The position numbers and the translations under genes were made by a program. Positions 27,951-38,056 of a stretch of DNA of 64,000 nt are shown in pieces. Under the pieces are notes generated by a model that had not been told where the DNA came from, searched no databases, and was given only the letters and a program-made list of their open reading frames with translations. Position 1 is the stretch's first letter; every line of letters begins with the position of its first letter. The DNA is from a virus: the IMG/VR virus record IMGVR_UViG_3300039355_000071; one strand, given 5' to 3'.

Positions 27951-28280
27951 ATGGAAAATATAAGAAGATGGTTTGAAAATGATCAAGTAAATAATGGTCA
28001 AAATTATGAGATTGACGAATACGAAGGTCACTTAGAAGCAAGAACAGGTACAGTTATTTTTATGGTAGTAGAACCTCATAGCGGAACAAAAAATAGATGG
28101 ATGCTTAGAGTTTCAACGGAAAGTGCTTTTGATAGATGGGCTAATTCCACAGCCATTGAAAAGTTTTTCGATAGTGACATTGAATTATGTAATTATTTAT
28201 ACGAACATCAATTAGATATTTATAAGGATTTAGTTGAATATTTATCAAGAGAATATGATGATGTAGCAGAAGTTTACTAA
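27951..28280 (+). CDS. hypothetical protein (109 aa)
   Basis: RBS GAGAGGTAAAG. Confidence 0.45.
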   Translation: MENIRRWFENDQVNNGQNYEIDEYEGHLEARTGTVIFMVVEPHSGTKNRWMLRVSTESAFDRWANSTAIEKFFDSDIELCNYLYEHQLDIYKDLVEYLSREYDDVAEVY

Positions 28281-28319
28281 GAAAACTTCGTTTCATGTGA
28301 AAGTTAGAAAGGAGACAAT

Positions 28320-28631
28320 GTGTTAAATATAGGAGATTATGTAGCACAGATCAACAAAGATTCATCTGGCGTATGGAAGTTATATAAGGATAAGATAAAT
28401 AAAATTACTACAACAAAGAAATATGGTAGAAGATATTTTACCAAGACAGTGTTTCGACCATTAGATGCAGATGATGTAGATAACAATACAAAAGATATGG
28501 AAGAGTCGATTGGCAAAGGATATATACTCACAAGAGAAGTGTTTGGATTAAATAATAAAACTGAATCTTATGCTGAAAGATGGATAAAATGGGCTAATAA
28601 GAATCCAGATAAGGCAACTGGTTTGATATAA
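28320..28631 (+). CDS. hypothetical protein (103 aa)
   Basis: GTG start after AAAGGAGACA. Confidence 0.4.
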   Translation: MLNIGDYVAQINKDSSGVWKLYKDKINKITTTKKYGRRYFTKTVFRPLDADDVDNNTKDMEESIGKGYILTREVFGLNNKTESYAERWIKWANKNPDKATGLI

Positions 28632-28694
28632 ACGGAGAATATAACGATAGAAACAATTAACAAAAATAAATATAAGAAAGAAGAGGTACAAAAC

Positions 28695-30752
28695 ATGGAT
28701 GGATTTATGATGTTTAAGAAGGCTTTACAGAAGCACTTCGATGAAATGCAGAAAGAGGCAACACATTTATTTGAGGTAAATGTAGATAAGGATGAATTAT
28801 GGAATACATATCTTGATAGCTTCCCTGCTGGTACAAATGAGATTTTCAGAGAGCGTAGAGAACATGATTGTAGTTGTTGTAGACAGTTTATTAAGAATAT
28901 TGGTTCTGCTGTCACTATCAAGGATAACCAAATTCATACGATTTGGGAACTGAATCTTGGTGATACAACATATCAACCAGTATGTGATGCACTTGATGCT
29001 TTTGTAAAAGCTCATACAGTTACAGATATTTATACAACTAAGTTCCCTAAGATTGGTACAGATTTTAACTTTGAGGAAATCAATGGAAAGTCTCATCAGT
29101 GGGATCATTTCTTCTTAGAGCTTCCAAATAAGTTTGTAAATAGAAGTAGTCGTTCTAATGAGGAAGTTAAAGGACAGTTCAGAGATACAAGAAATGTATT
29201 TAAGCGTTCTCTCGATGAAATTACTATGGATGCACTTGATACAATTCTTGAACTTATCAACTCAAATACACTTTACAAGGGCGAAGAGTGGAAAGGCGTA
29301 CTCACAGAGTTCAAGAAGTATAAGAAGGAATACGATAAGCTGACTTCTGATACTGAAAAGGATTTATATGCTTGGGAGAAGTCGGTAACAGCAGGTATGG
29401 CTATCGGAAGAATTAGAAATCATTCTATCGGAACACTTCTTATTAATGTAAGTGAGGATATGGATCTTGACACAGCAGTTAAGAAGTATGAGCAGATTGT
29501 CGCTCCAAGCAATTATAAGCGTCCAAAGGCTATTTTTACAAAGAAGATGCTTGAGGATGCAAAGAAGACTATTACAGAACTTGGATATATGGATTCATTA
29601 CAGAGAAGATTTGCTAATCTGAATGATATTACTGTAAATAATGTACTGTTCTCAAATAAGAGTGCTGCAAGAAGAATGGTTGGTGCAGATGATATTTTTG
29701 GACAGATGGAAAAGGATGTTGCTGTAAGTCCTAAGAAGTTTTCTAAGGTTGAAGAGATTTCAGCACAGAATTTCATTGATAAGGTACTTCCAACTGCAAA
29801 GGAGATTGAAGCTTTTGTAGAGAATAAACATGAGAAGAACTTTGTTTCTATGATTGCACCTGTTAATCCAGACGCTAAGACAATGTTCAAGTGGAATAAT
29901 GGATTATCTTGGGCTTATTCAGGAAACATTACTGACTCTGATATGAAGCAAAATGTAAAAGCTGCTGGCGGTAATGTCGATGGTGTACTCAGATTTTCTA
30001 TTCAGTGGAATGAAGATGGTCATGATAATTACGACCTTGATGCACATTGTATTGAGCCAGATAAGAATGAAATTTTCTTTAGTAATTGTAGAAAGCCAAA
30101 TGTTTCAAGAATGGGTGGTCAGTTAGATGTTGATATTATTCATCCAAATGGAAAGGTTGCAGTAGAGAATATTACTTGGGAAGACCTGTCAAGAATGAAA
30201 CCAGGTGTTTATAAATTCTTTGTACATCAGTATTCGGGAAGCGTAAGGCATGGATTTAGAGCTGAGATTGAATTTAATGGAGAAATTTACAAGTTTGATT
30301 ACGATAAGTCAATGAGAACTGATGAAAAGGTTCAGGTTGCAGAAGTAACACTCGATGAGAATGGAAACTTCTCAATTAAGGAGAAATTAGCAGGAAATTC
30401 ATCTATTTCAAGCCGTGAGATTTGGGGTGTAAATACAAATCAGTTCGTTCCTGTATCAGTAATCAGTTATAGTCCAAACTATTTTGACGAGCAGGATGGA
30501 ATTGGTCATAGACATTTATTCTTCTTCCTGAAAGATTGTGTAAATAGCGAAGAGCCTAATGGATTCTATCTTGAGTTCCTTGATAATGATTTAATGAAGC
30601 ATAAGAGAGTGTTCGAGGCTTTAGGTGCTAAGTGTCATGTAGAAGATACTGATGATCAGCTTTCAGGAATTGGTTTTTCGATGACAAAGAGAGCAGATTT
30701 AGTTGTTAAGGTTAAGGGTGCAACAGAGCGTGTAATGAAGATTAAGTTTTAA
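28695..30752 (+). CDS. large hypothetical protein (685 aa), family not recognised
   Basis: RBS GAAGAGGTAC. No P-loop and no ligase KxDG motif found by eye. Confidence 0.6.
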   Translation: MDGFMMFKKALQKHFDEMQKEATHLFEVNVDKDELWNTYLDSFPAGTNEIFRERREHDCSCCRQFIKNIGSAVTIKDNQIHTIWELNLGDTTYQPVCDALDAFVKAHTVTDIYTTKFPKIGTDFNFEEINGKSHQWDHFFLELPNKFVNRSSRSNEEVKGQFRDTRNVFKRSLDEITMDALDTILELINSNTLYKGEEWKGVLTEFKKYKKEYDKLTSDTEKDLYAWEKSVTAGMAIGRIRNHSIGTLLINVSEDMDLDTAVKKYEQIVAPSNYKRPKAIFTKKMLEDAKKTITELGYMDSLQRRFANLNDITVNNVLFSNKSAARRMVGADDIFGQMEKDVAVSPKKFSKVEEISAQNFIDKVLPTAKEIEAFVENKHEKNFVSMIAPVNPDAKTMFKWNNGLSWAYSGNITDSDMKQNVKAAGGNVDGVLRFSIQWNEDGHDNYDLDAHCIEPDKNEIFFSNCRKPNVSRMGGQLDVDIIHPNGKVAVENITWEDLSRMKPGVYKFFVHQYSGSVRHGFRAEIEFNGEIYKFDYDKSMRTDEKVQVAEVTLDENGNFSIKEKLAGNSSISSREIWGVNTNQFVPVSVISYSPNYFDEQDGIGHRHLFFFLKDCVNSEEPNGFYLEFLDNDLMKHKRVFEALGAKCHVEDTDDQLSGIGFSMTKRADLVVKVKGATERVMKIKF

Positions 30753-30774
30753 ATTAGAAAAGGAGATTATTATT

Positions 30775-31164
30775 ATGACAAACAATGAATTATTTATTAA
30801 TGCAACGAGAAATAATTATCAGTTTCCATTCAGAGGAATGATTAACGTAATTGATTTGTGGGATTTATCTCTCACAAATCTGGACTCAGTATTTAAAACA
30901 CTCAATGCAGAAGTAAAGAAGTCTGAGGAAGAAAGTCTTTTGAATACTAAGTCAAAGGAAGATGAGGAGATTTCTAATAAGATTGAAATTGTCAAGTATA
31001 TTGTTAGTGTGAAGCTGGATGAGAAGAAGAAGAGAGAAGACGCTAAGAAAAATGCTGAGATAAGACAGAGATTGCTTGAAATCAAGGCTAAGAGACAGGA
31101 TGCAGCACTTGAAAACATGTCTGACGAGGAGCTGGATAAGGCACTTGCCGAGTTGGGAGAATAA
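30775..31164 (+). CDS. Glu/Lys-rich coiled-coil protein (129 aa)
   Basis: RBS AAAAGGAGAT. Confidence 0.5.
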   Translation: MTNNELFINATRNNYQFPFRGMINVIDLWDLSLTNLDSVFKTLNAEVKKSEEESLLNTKSKEDEEISNKIEIVKYIVSVKLDEKKKREDAKKNAEIRQRLLEIKAKRQDAALENMSDEELDKALAELGE

Positions 31165-31171
31165 GATAATT

Positions 31172-31196
31172 AGGTCGGTTGATAAATGACCGACCT
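31172..31196 (+). terminator. terminator-like hairpin
   Basis: AGGTCGGTtgataaatgACCGACCT. Confidence 0.45.
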
Positions 31197-31223
31197 TAAT
31201 ATAAAAGAAAAGGAGACAAAAAG

Positions 31224-32804
31224 ATGAGTAGTATTTTAAGTAACTTAGGAATGGTAATTCCGATTGTAGCAATTGTATTAGTTGTAGTTGGTTTGTTAGT
31301 GGCAGGTTATGTAAAGGCTTCACCTGATAGAGCATACATAATTTCTGGACTTAGAAAAGAACCAAAGGTGTTAATTGGTAAAGCTGGAATCAAAATTCCG
31401 TTTTTAGAAAAGAAAGATGAACTGAATTTGCAGTTGATTCCAATTGATGTAAAGACAAGTAGTGCAGTTCCAACAGCAGATTATATTAACATCAATGTAG
31501 ATGCTGCGGTCAACGTAAAGGTAAGTTCAGACAATACAAGATTACAGCTTGCAGCTCAGAACTTTTTAAATAAACCAGTTGATTATATTGGAAGCGTAGC
31601 AAGAGAAGTTCTTGAAGGAAATATGAGAGAAATTGTTGGTAAGATGAATTTAGAGGAAATGGTTTCAGATAGACAGAAGTTTGCCGAACTTGTAAAAGAG
31701 AATGCAGAACCTGATCTTGCAGCTATGGGACTTGATATTGTAAGTTTCAATGTACAGAACTTTGTTGATGAAAATGGTGTTATTGAGAACCTTGGTGTAG
31801 ATAATATTGTTAAGATTCAGAAAAATGCAGCTATTTCAAGAGCTGAAAGTGAAAAAGAGATTGCAAAAGCAAGAGCTATCGCAAAGAAGGAAGCAAATGA
31901 TGCGGAAGTAAGTTCTGAATTAGAGATTGCAAATGCACAGGCTGAAGCTCAGAAGAAGAAAGCAATCGTTCAGGCTAATGCAAATCGAGAATCACAGGAA
32001 GCTCAGATTGAAGCAGATACTCTTATTGCCCAGAAAGAGAATGAACTTGCGATTAAAAAGGCAGAATTACAGAAAGATGCTGATACAAAGAAAGCAAGTG
32101 CAGATGCAGCATATAATATTCAGCAGGAAACAGAGAGAAAGACAGTTGAGATTGCAACGGCTGATGCAAATCTTGCTCGTCAGGAAAAGGCTATTGCTTT
32201 AAAAGAGAAAGAAGTAGAACTTACAGAGAGAACTCTTGAAGCAACAGTAAAGAAACAGGCAGAAGCTGATAAATATGCAAAACAGCAGGAAGCAGATGCC
32301 AAGTTATACGAAACTCAGAGACAGTCGGAAGCAAAACTGTTTGAGAGACAGAAGAATGCCGAAGCAGAAAAGTTTGAACAGGAAAAGAAAGCAGAAGCTG
32401 AAAAAGCAACAGCAGATGCCAACAGATACACAATGGAACAGGAAGCAGAAGGTATTCGTAGTAAAGGACAGGCAGAAGCGGATGCCATTAAAGCAAAAGC
32501 GTTAGCAGAAGCAGAAGGTATCGAAAAGAAAGCAGAAGCCATGAAACAGATGGGCGAAGCCGCTGTATTAGAGATGTACTTCAAAGCAATGCCTGAGATT
32601 GCTAAGAATATTGCAGAGCCACTTGCGAAGGTTGATAAGATTACAATGTACGGTGATGGCAATTCATCTAAGCTGATGAAAGATATTATGAACACTCTCA
32701 ATCAGGTAACAGATGGAATGAAAGAGTCTACTGGTATTGATCTTAGTTCTGTACTTGCTGGTTTTGCAGGTGCAAAGATTGCAGATAATACACAGAATAA
32801 GTAA
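31224..32804 (+). CDS. flotillin/SPFH (band-7) family membrane protein
   Basis: N-terminal transmembrane helix GMVIPIVAIVLVVVGLLVAG. SPFH-like core. Long Ala/Glu/Lys coiled coil with EAEAEK repeats. This is the YqiK/FloT architecture. Confidence 0.65.
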   Translation: MSSILSNLGMVIPIVAIVLVVVGLLVAGYVKASPDRAYIISGLRKEPKVLIGKAGIKIPFLEKKDELNLQLIPIDVKTSSAVPTADYININVDAAVNVKVSSDNTRLQLAAQNFLNKPVDYIGSVAREVLEGNMREIVGKMNLEEMVSDRQKFAELVKENAEPDLAAMGLDIVSFNVQNFVDENGVIENLGVDNIVKIQKNAAISRAESEKEIAKARAIAKKEANDAEVSSELEIANAQAEAQKKKAIVQANANRESQEAQIEADTLIAQKENELAIKKAELQKDADTKKASADAAYNIQQETERKTVEIATADANLARQEKAIALKEKEVELTERTLEATVKKQAEADKYAKQQEADAKLYETQRQSEAKLFERQKNAEAEKFEQEKKAEAEKATADANRYTMEQEAEGIRSKGQAEADAIKAKALAEAEGIEKKAEAMKQMGEAAVLEMYFKAMPEIAKNIAEPLAKVDKITMYGDGNSSKLMKDIMNTLNQVTDGMKESTGIDLSSVLAGFAGAKIADNTQNK

Positions 32805-32959
32805 TACAAGTAAAATTCAAGAGTTGGTAGGTGTCATAGCCTACTGACTCTATCAATATACCATATATAGCAACTATAAAACACAATATATACTATATAT
32901 GGTATATAAATTATATTAGAAGGAAACGCACATTTCTTATGGAATTTCGGAGGTGAAAT

Positions 32960-33139
32960 ATGAATATTTTAAACATTATTTTATTGATTATGGGAATTTT
33001 CAATTTGATTATGGGGATAACATGGTCGAAAAAGAATGTTCTCAACCTTGTATTCAAATTATTATTCTTGGCAGGTGGTGGCTATTTAGTATTCTATGCT
33101 TTATATCTGAGCAACATTTTGATTGTTTTGAATAAGTAA
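32960..33139 (+). CDS. small two-TM membrane protein (59 aa)
   Basis: RBS CGGAGGTGAAAT. MNILNIILLIMGIFNLIMGI... Confidence 0.4.
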   Translation: MNILNIILLIMGIFNLIMGITWSKKNVLNLVFKLLFLAGGGYLVFYALYLSNILIVLNK

Positions 33140-33151
33140 GAGGAGAATAGT

Positions 33152-33313
33152 ATGTATAAATCCACAATAAGATTTTTAATATGGCTTATGACATTAAATT
33201 TATTAATGAATTTTATTTTTCCAGAACCAGTTGAGTTATGGAAATTTATATTAATAGAGATATGTTTAGGATTTTTGTCATTTATTATGGTTGATTGGAA
33301 AGAAGATAAGTGA
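33152..33313 (+). CDS. small membrane protein (53 aa)
   Basis: RBS AAGAGGAGAAT. Confidence 0.4.
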   Translation: MYKSTIRFLIWLMTLNLLMNFIFPEPVELWKFILIEICLGFLSFIMVDWKEDK

Positions 33314-33320
33314 GGTAAAT

Positions 33321-33542
33321 ATGAAATATGTTGTTATTTTAATTGGTCTATTATTCTTGCTATTTGTACCATACATGTTAGCAGACTATATTAAACCATT
33401 ACAAAAGTTCTTTTGTAAAATAGGATGGCATTGTCACCAAAAGGATTATATTACTGAGAGTTTTGATGGTGCTTCCATGCACTGCAAATGTAAATGGTGT
33501 GGTTACAAAGGTATGGTAGATAGTCAAGGAAATTTATTTTAG
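33321..33542 (+). CDS. small membrane protein with Cys-rich tail (73 aa)
   Basis: RBS GTGAGGTAAAT. HCKCKWCGYKG. Confidence 0.45.
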   Translation: MKYVVILIGLLFLLFVPYMLADYIKPLQKFFCKIGWHCHQKDYITESFDGASMHCKCKWCGYKGMVDSQGNLF

Positions 33543-33554
33543 GAGATTAAGACA

Positions 33555-34583
33555 ATGACAATTGAACAGATTAAGGACAAATTAAAATCAAAAGAGTATG
33601 ACTTCCTGAGAACAGATAAGAATTTGGGTAACAATATCATTATCTTAACTCTTGGTGGAAGTCATGCATATGGAATGGATAAAGAAGGATCTGATTTAGA
33701 TGTGAGAGGTATTGCACTCAACAGCAAATCAGATATTTTACTTGGAACAGACTTTGAACAGGTCGTAGATGTTGATACGGATACAACTATGTATTCGTTT
33801 AATAAAATGATACAGCTTTTAGCATCAAGTAATCCTAATACAATTGAACAACTTGGCTGTTTGCCTGAGCATTATTTACATTTATCTAAAATTGGTAAAG
33901 AATTATTGGATAATAGAAAAATGTTTCTTTCGCAGATTTGTGTTCATACCTTTGGAGGATATGCTGGTTCTCAGCTCAGACGTATGGAAAACAAGGCTGC
34001 AAGATTGGTTGGTCAGGCAGAAAATGAAGCCTACATTTTAAAAAGCATCAATAATGCAAGATATGAATTTAAAAACAGATATTACCCTCATGAAAATAGT
34101 GATGTGAAACTATATATTGATAAGGCTGTTCAAGAAGGATATGATAGTGAGATTTTTATGGATGTAAACTTGCAACATTATCCGTTAAGAGATTGGGCTG
34201 GCATGTGGAACGAAATGAAGTCCATTGTTAGTAGTTATAGCAAATTTGGTAAAAGAAATGAAAAGGCTGTAGCCCATGATAAATTAGGAAAACATATGGC
34301 TCATTTGATTCGATTATATATGATGTGTATTGATATTCTGGAAAAGGAAGAGATTATCACTTATAGATCAGATGAACACGATTTACTTATGAGTATTAGA
34401 AATGGAGAATATTTAGATGAAAATAGACAACCTATTTCTGAGTTCTATGATTTATTGAATGAATATGAAAAACGTTTTGAATACGCAAAAGAAAATACAT
34501 CTTTGCCTGATAAACCTGATTATAAGAAAATCAATGAATTTAAGATGTATGTAAATGAGAGAATTGTGAAAGGAGATATCTGA
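33555..34583 (+). CDS. Pol-beta-superfamily nucleotidyltransferase
   Basis: LTLGGSHAYGMDKEGSDLDVRGI is the GS-x(9-13)-DxD signature. First gene of the overlapping four-gene operon. Confidence 0.55.
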   Translation: MTIEQIKDKLKSKEYDFLRTDKNLGNNIIILTLGGSHAYGMDKEGSDLDVRGIALNSKSDILLGTDFEQVVDVDTDTTMYSFNKMIQLLASSNPNTIEQLGCLPEHYLHLSKIGKELLDNRKMFLSQICVHTFGGYAGSQLRRMENKAARLVGQAENEAYILKSINNARYEFKNRYYPHENSDVKLYIDKAVQEGYDSEIFMDVNLQHYPLRDWAGMWNEMKSIVSSYSKFGKRNEKAVAHDKLGKHMAHLIRLYMMCIDILEKEEIITYRSDEHDLLMSIRNGEYLDENRQPISEFYDLLNEYEKRFEYAKENTSLPDKPDYKKINEFKMYVNERIVKGDI

Positions 34584-35545
34584 TGGAAATATCAAATAGA
34601 GCAAAAGAAAGATTCTGTAAGGATTGCAATATACCAATTAGATTATTCCAAGAGCCATATTTTTTAGATAGAATTAAGCTTTTTGATGAGTTTTATGGAA
34701 CTGTTGACAAGTGGATTAGATTTGTAAGCGAATTACAGGAGTATAATTGTGAGCAGGATTATTTTGAAGAATATAATCATGTAAAGGATGCAGCTATTAC
34801 AAGTATCAAAGAGTCAGAGGCATATCAGAGATTTAATGCGGAAGATATGAACAAATTCACTGTGATTCATAAAAATTTATCTAATAAAGATATATTTAAG
34901 TCAACTAATACTGGAAGAGTTTTTATCAGTATTGATATGAGAAAGGCTAATTTTTCATCTTTACACGAATATGATAAGAATATATTTCGTGGGACTGATA
35001 CATGGGAAGATTTTATTTCTCAATTCACGGATAACGAACATATTGCAAATAGTAAATATATTCGCCAGGTTATTCTTGGTAATTGTAATCCTAAAAGACA
35101 TATCACCTATGAAAAATACCTTATGGATCAGACATTATCGTTATTATATGACATCATTGGTGAAGAGAGAATTGTATTCTTTTCAAATGATGAGATCGTT
35201 TATGATATGACAACTGCAAGTAATTTGCACATGTTAAGTCTTGTGAGAAATTGTGTTGAAGAAAGATTAAATACAAAATCTAATATTCCATTCAGAGTAG
35301 AGTTATTTTCACTCCACAAGATCAATGGTACTGACGGATACTGTAAGAAAATCTATAAAGAAAATGGAGAATATAATATTGAATTTAAGTGTTTGGATAA
35401 TTATATGATGCCATTCGTACTTAGATATTTCTTAGGAGAAGAAATTACTGAAAGTGACAAGGTGTTCTACCATGAAGGGCTATTGGCAAAGTTTATTGAA
35501 GAACCGAAAATTGAGGTGAATTTGGATGAAAAGATTGAAAATTGA
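34583..35545 (+). CDS. hypothetical protein (320 aa), operon partner
   Basis: ATGG overlap with the upstream stop. Confidence 0.5.
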   Translation: MEISNRAKERFCKDCNIPIRLFQEPYFLDRIKLFDEFYGTVDKWIRFVSELQEYNCEQDYFEEYNHVKDAAITSIKESEAYQRFNAEDMNKFTVIHKNLSNKDIFKSTNTGRVFISIDMRKANFSSLHEYDKNIFRGTDTWEDFISQFTDNEHIANSKYIRQVILGNCNPKRHITYEKYLMDQTLSLLYDIIGEERIVFFSNDEIVYDMTTASNLHMLSLVRNCVEERLNTKSNIPFRVELFSLHKINGTDGYCKKIYKENGEYNIEFKCLDNYMMPFVLRYFLGEEITESDKVFYHEGLLAKFIEEPKIEVNLDEKIEN

Positions 35546-36935
35546 AATTCCATCTGGTGCAAATGAAATTATCCATAGTCTACAAAATAATGGATATGAG
35601 GCATTTTTATGTGGCGGTGCAGTAAGAGATAGTATTCTTGGCAGAACAATTCACGATTATGACATTACAACTTCTGCCACACCAGATGAAATGATGGAAG
35701 TATTCAAGGATAAAAGAATTATTGAAACTGGATTACAACATGGAACTATTACCATTGTAATTGACGGTGAAGGATATGAATGTACCACTTACAGAATTGA
35801 CGGTAATTACTCAGATAGTCGTAGACCTGATAGCGTAACATTTACACGAAATCTTAAAGAAGATTTAAAGCGTAGAGATTTTACAATCAATGCGATGGCA
35901 TACAATGATGAAGTTGGACTTGTAGATCCATTTAATGGCATGGAAGATATTGAGCATTATAAAATCAGATGTGTTGGTAGAGCAGAGGATAGATTTTCAG
36001 AAGATGCTTTAAGGATTTTACGTGCTATTCGGTTTGCTTCACAATTGGGATTTGTAGTTGACTCTGATGTAAGTTTGAACATTCATAAAATGTATAAGAA
36101 TTTAGAGAATATATCTATTGAGAGAATCAACAGTGAGTTCTGTAAAATTGCATTATCAAGCGAGTTTTATATACAGATAGGATTATTCCGTGAAGTATTC
36201 TCGTTATTTATTCCTGAAATAAAAGATATGTTTGATTTTCCGCAGAATAATCCATATCACATCTATGATGTATGGAATCATACAGTACATGCAGTACATG
36301 CTTATGAATGTGATTGTGAACCCGACTTGAATCCAAGGGATTTGATTACATCATTGGCTGTATTTTTTCATGATATTGGAAAGCCACATTGTTATCAAGA
36401 TGGCGAGGATGGCATTAGACATTTCAAAGGTCATGGAAGAGTCAGTGCTGATATGACTGATACAATTATGAAAAGACTTCGTTTTGATAATGATACAAGA
36501 GAAAAGGTAATGCAGCTTGTTTATTATCATGATGCAACTTTTGAAGTGGGTGAAAAGTATATCAAGAGATGGCTCAATAAGATTGGAGAAGAACAATTTA
36601 GAAGATTACTGAATGTTCGTAGAGCAGATATTAAAGCGCAGGCTTATACAGATCAAGAAAGTAGGCTTCAGAAAATTGACAATATCGAATATATCTTAGA
36701 GGAAGTTTTACAGAAAGACGAATGTTTCTCACTGAAAGATTTGGCTGTTGATGGCAATGATTTGATTGAGATTGGATATAAGCCAGGAAAAGAAATAGGG
36801 AATACACTGAATTGTCTTTTGCAGTTAGTAATTGAAGGTGTATATCTAAACGAGAAAAGTGAGTTACTTAAATATGTTGAAACAACAAAAGAATGGATGA
36901 AGTTAGGAGAGAATTATAATGGTAAGATTATTTAG
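35526..36935 (+). CDS. cca: CCA-adding enzyme (tRNA nucleotidyltransferase with C-terminal HD domain)
   Basis: LCGGAVRDSILGRTIHDYDITT (GGAVRD plus DxD) and FFHDIGKPH (HD). Confidence 0.8.
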   Translation: MKRLKIEIPSGANEIIHSLQNNGYEAFLCGGAVRDSILGRTIHDYDITTSATPDEMMEVFKDKRIIETGLQHGTITIVIDGEGYECTTYRIDGNYSDSRRPDSVTFTRNLKEDLKRRDFTINAMAYNDEVGLVDPFNGMEDIEHYKIRCVGRAEDRFSEDALRILRAIRFASQLGFVVDSDVSLNIHKMYKNLENISIERINSEFCKIALSSEFYIQIGLFREVFSLFIPEIKDMFDFPQNNPYHIYDVWNHTVHAVHAYECDCEPDLNPRDLITSLAVFFHDIGKPHCYQDGEDGIRHFKGHGRVSADMTDTIMKRLRFDNDTREKVMQLVYYHDATFEVGEKYIKRWLNKIGEEQFRRLLNVRRADIKAQAYTDQESRLQKIDNIEYILEEVLQKDECFSLKDLAVDGNDLIEIGYKPGKEIGNTLNCLLQLVIEGVYLNEKSELLKYVETTKEWMKLGENYNGKII

Positions 36936-37842
36936 CCACAGTGATTTAGACGGAATCGGTTGTGGTATTTTAGCACAACTTGCATTTGGTAAAGATAATG
37001 TAGAAATTTCATATTGTGATTATGACAATATTGATTCAACTGTAAAGAAATATTTGGAAATAGAACAGGACGACACAATTCCAATTTATATTACCGATAT
37101 TCGTGTCAATGAAGAAACTGCTGAGTTGCTGAATAAAAGAGGCAATGTTCAGTTATTAGATCATCATCCAACAGCTCTTGGATTAAATAAGTATGATTGG
37201 TGTGATGTAGTTATCGAAGATTCCAAAGGAATTAAAACATCGGGAACTATGTTGTTTTATCATTACTTAGGTATGAATGGTTGTCTGAGTGAAGAGTTAG
37301 AGAATAATAAAGCGTTAGAGAGATTTGCTGAACTTGTGAGAGATTATGACACTTGGAGATGGTCAGAACTCGGTGATGAAGGTGTTATTTGTAAGCAGGT
37401 AAATGATTTATTATATCTTTACGGTAGAGATGATTTTATTCATTGGTGCATTTCAGAAATCCATGATGAGGTATTTCCAAGATTATATGCTAAAGATGAG
37501 GTTATTCTGAAGATTAAGCAGGATGAAATTGATAGATATATCGAAGAGAAGAATGAAACTATGTTTACCAGTCCTATGTGTGGTAAGGTTTGTGGTTTTG
37601 TATTTGCAGATAGGTTTGTTAGCGAATTAGGTAATAGACTTTGTAAAATGCATCCTGAAATTGATTTTGTGGCTATGATTGATATTGATGGTTGTACGGT
37701 ATCTTATAGAACCGTTAAAGAAGATATTGATCTTGGTAAAGATGTAGCAAGTTTATTTGGTGGCGGTGGTCATCCAAAAGCTGTTGGTTTAGAATTTAGT
37801 CAGAATATTAAGTCGAAAGTTATTGAGGAAATTTTTGAATAG
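36919..37842 (+). CDS. DHH/DHHA1 phosphoesterase (NrnA-like nanoRNase / pAp phosphatase family)
   Basis: SHSDLDGIGCG (motif I), LLDHHP (motif III), GGGGHPKAVG (DHHA1). Confidence 0.7.
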   Translation: MVRLFSHSDLDGIGCGILAQLAFGKDNVEISYCDYDNIDSTVKKYLEIEQDDTIPIYITDIRVNEETAELLNKRGNVQLLDHHPTALGLNKYDWCDVVIEDSKGIKTSGTMLFYHYLGMNGCLSEELENNKALERFAELVRDYDTWRWSELGDEGVICKQVNDLLYLYGRDDFIHWCISEIHDEVFPRLYAKDEVILKIKQDEIDRYIEEKNETMFTSPMCGKVCGFVFADRFVSELGNRLCKMHPEIDFVAMIDIDGCTVSYRTVKEDIDLGKDVASLFGGGGHPKAVGLEFSQNIKSKVIEEIFE

Positions 37843-37854
37843 TGAGGTAATAGA

Positions 37855-38052
37855 GTGAATAAAAGCAAATTTACATATCCAAAATGTCCATATTGCAATG
37901 AAGAATATCAAGATGGAGTTATGGAATATGATTTGATGAATTTAGTAACTCAAGGTTGGTGCAAAGAAGTAAACGTAAAATGTCATAGTTGTGGTGAGTA
38001 TTTCAAAGTGAAGGCACACATTACTTATTATGGTTCAAAGTTAGCGAGGTAA
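37855..38052 (+). CDS. zinc-ribbon protein
   Basis: CPYCNEE...CHSCGEY. GTG start. Confidence 0.4.
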   Translation: MNKSKFTYPKCPYCNEEYQDGVMEYDLMNLVTQGWCKEVNVKCHSCGEYFKVKAHITYYGSKLAR

Positions 38053-38056
38053 AAGA

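Noticed and set aside
31927-32701. Several long ORFs on both strands overlapping the flotillin gene (31927..32202, 32221..32433, 32275..32505, 32315..32701)
   Set aside because: They are read out of the GCAGAAGC/AAGAAAGC repeats that encode the EA-rich coiled coil. The translations are low-complexity (poly-Q/R/K or poly-A/S), lack RBSs and are fully contained in a well-supported gene.
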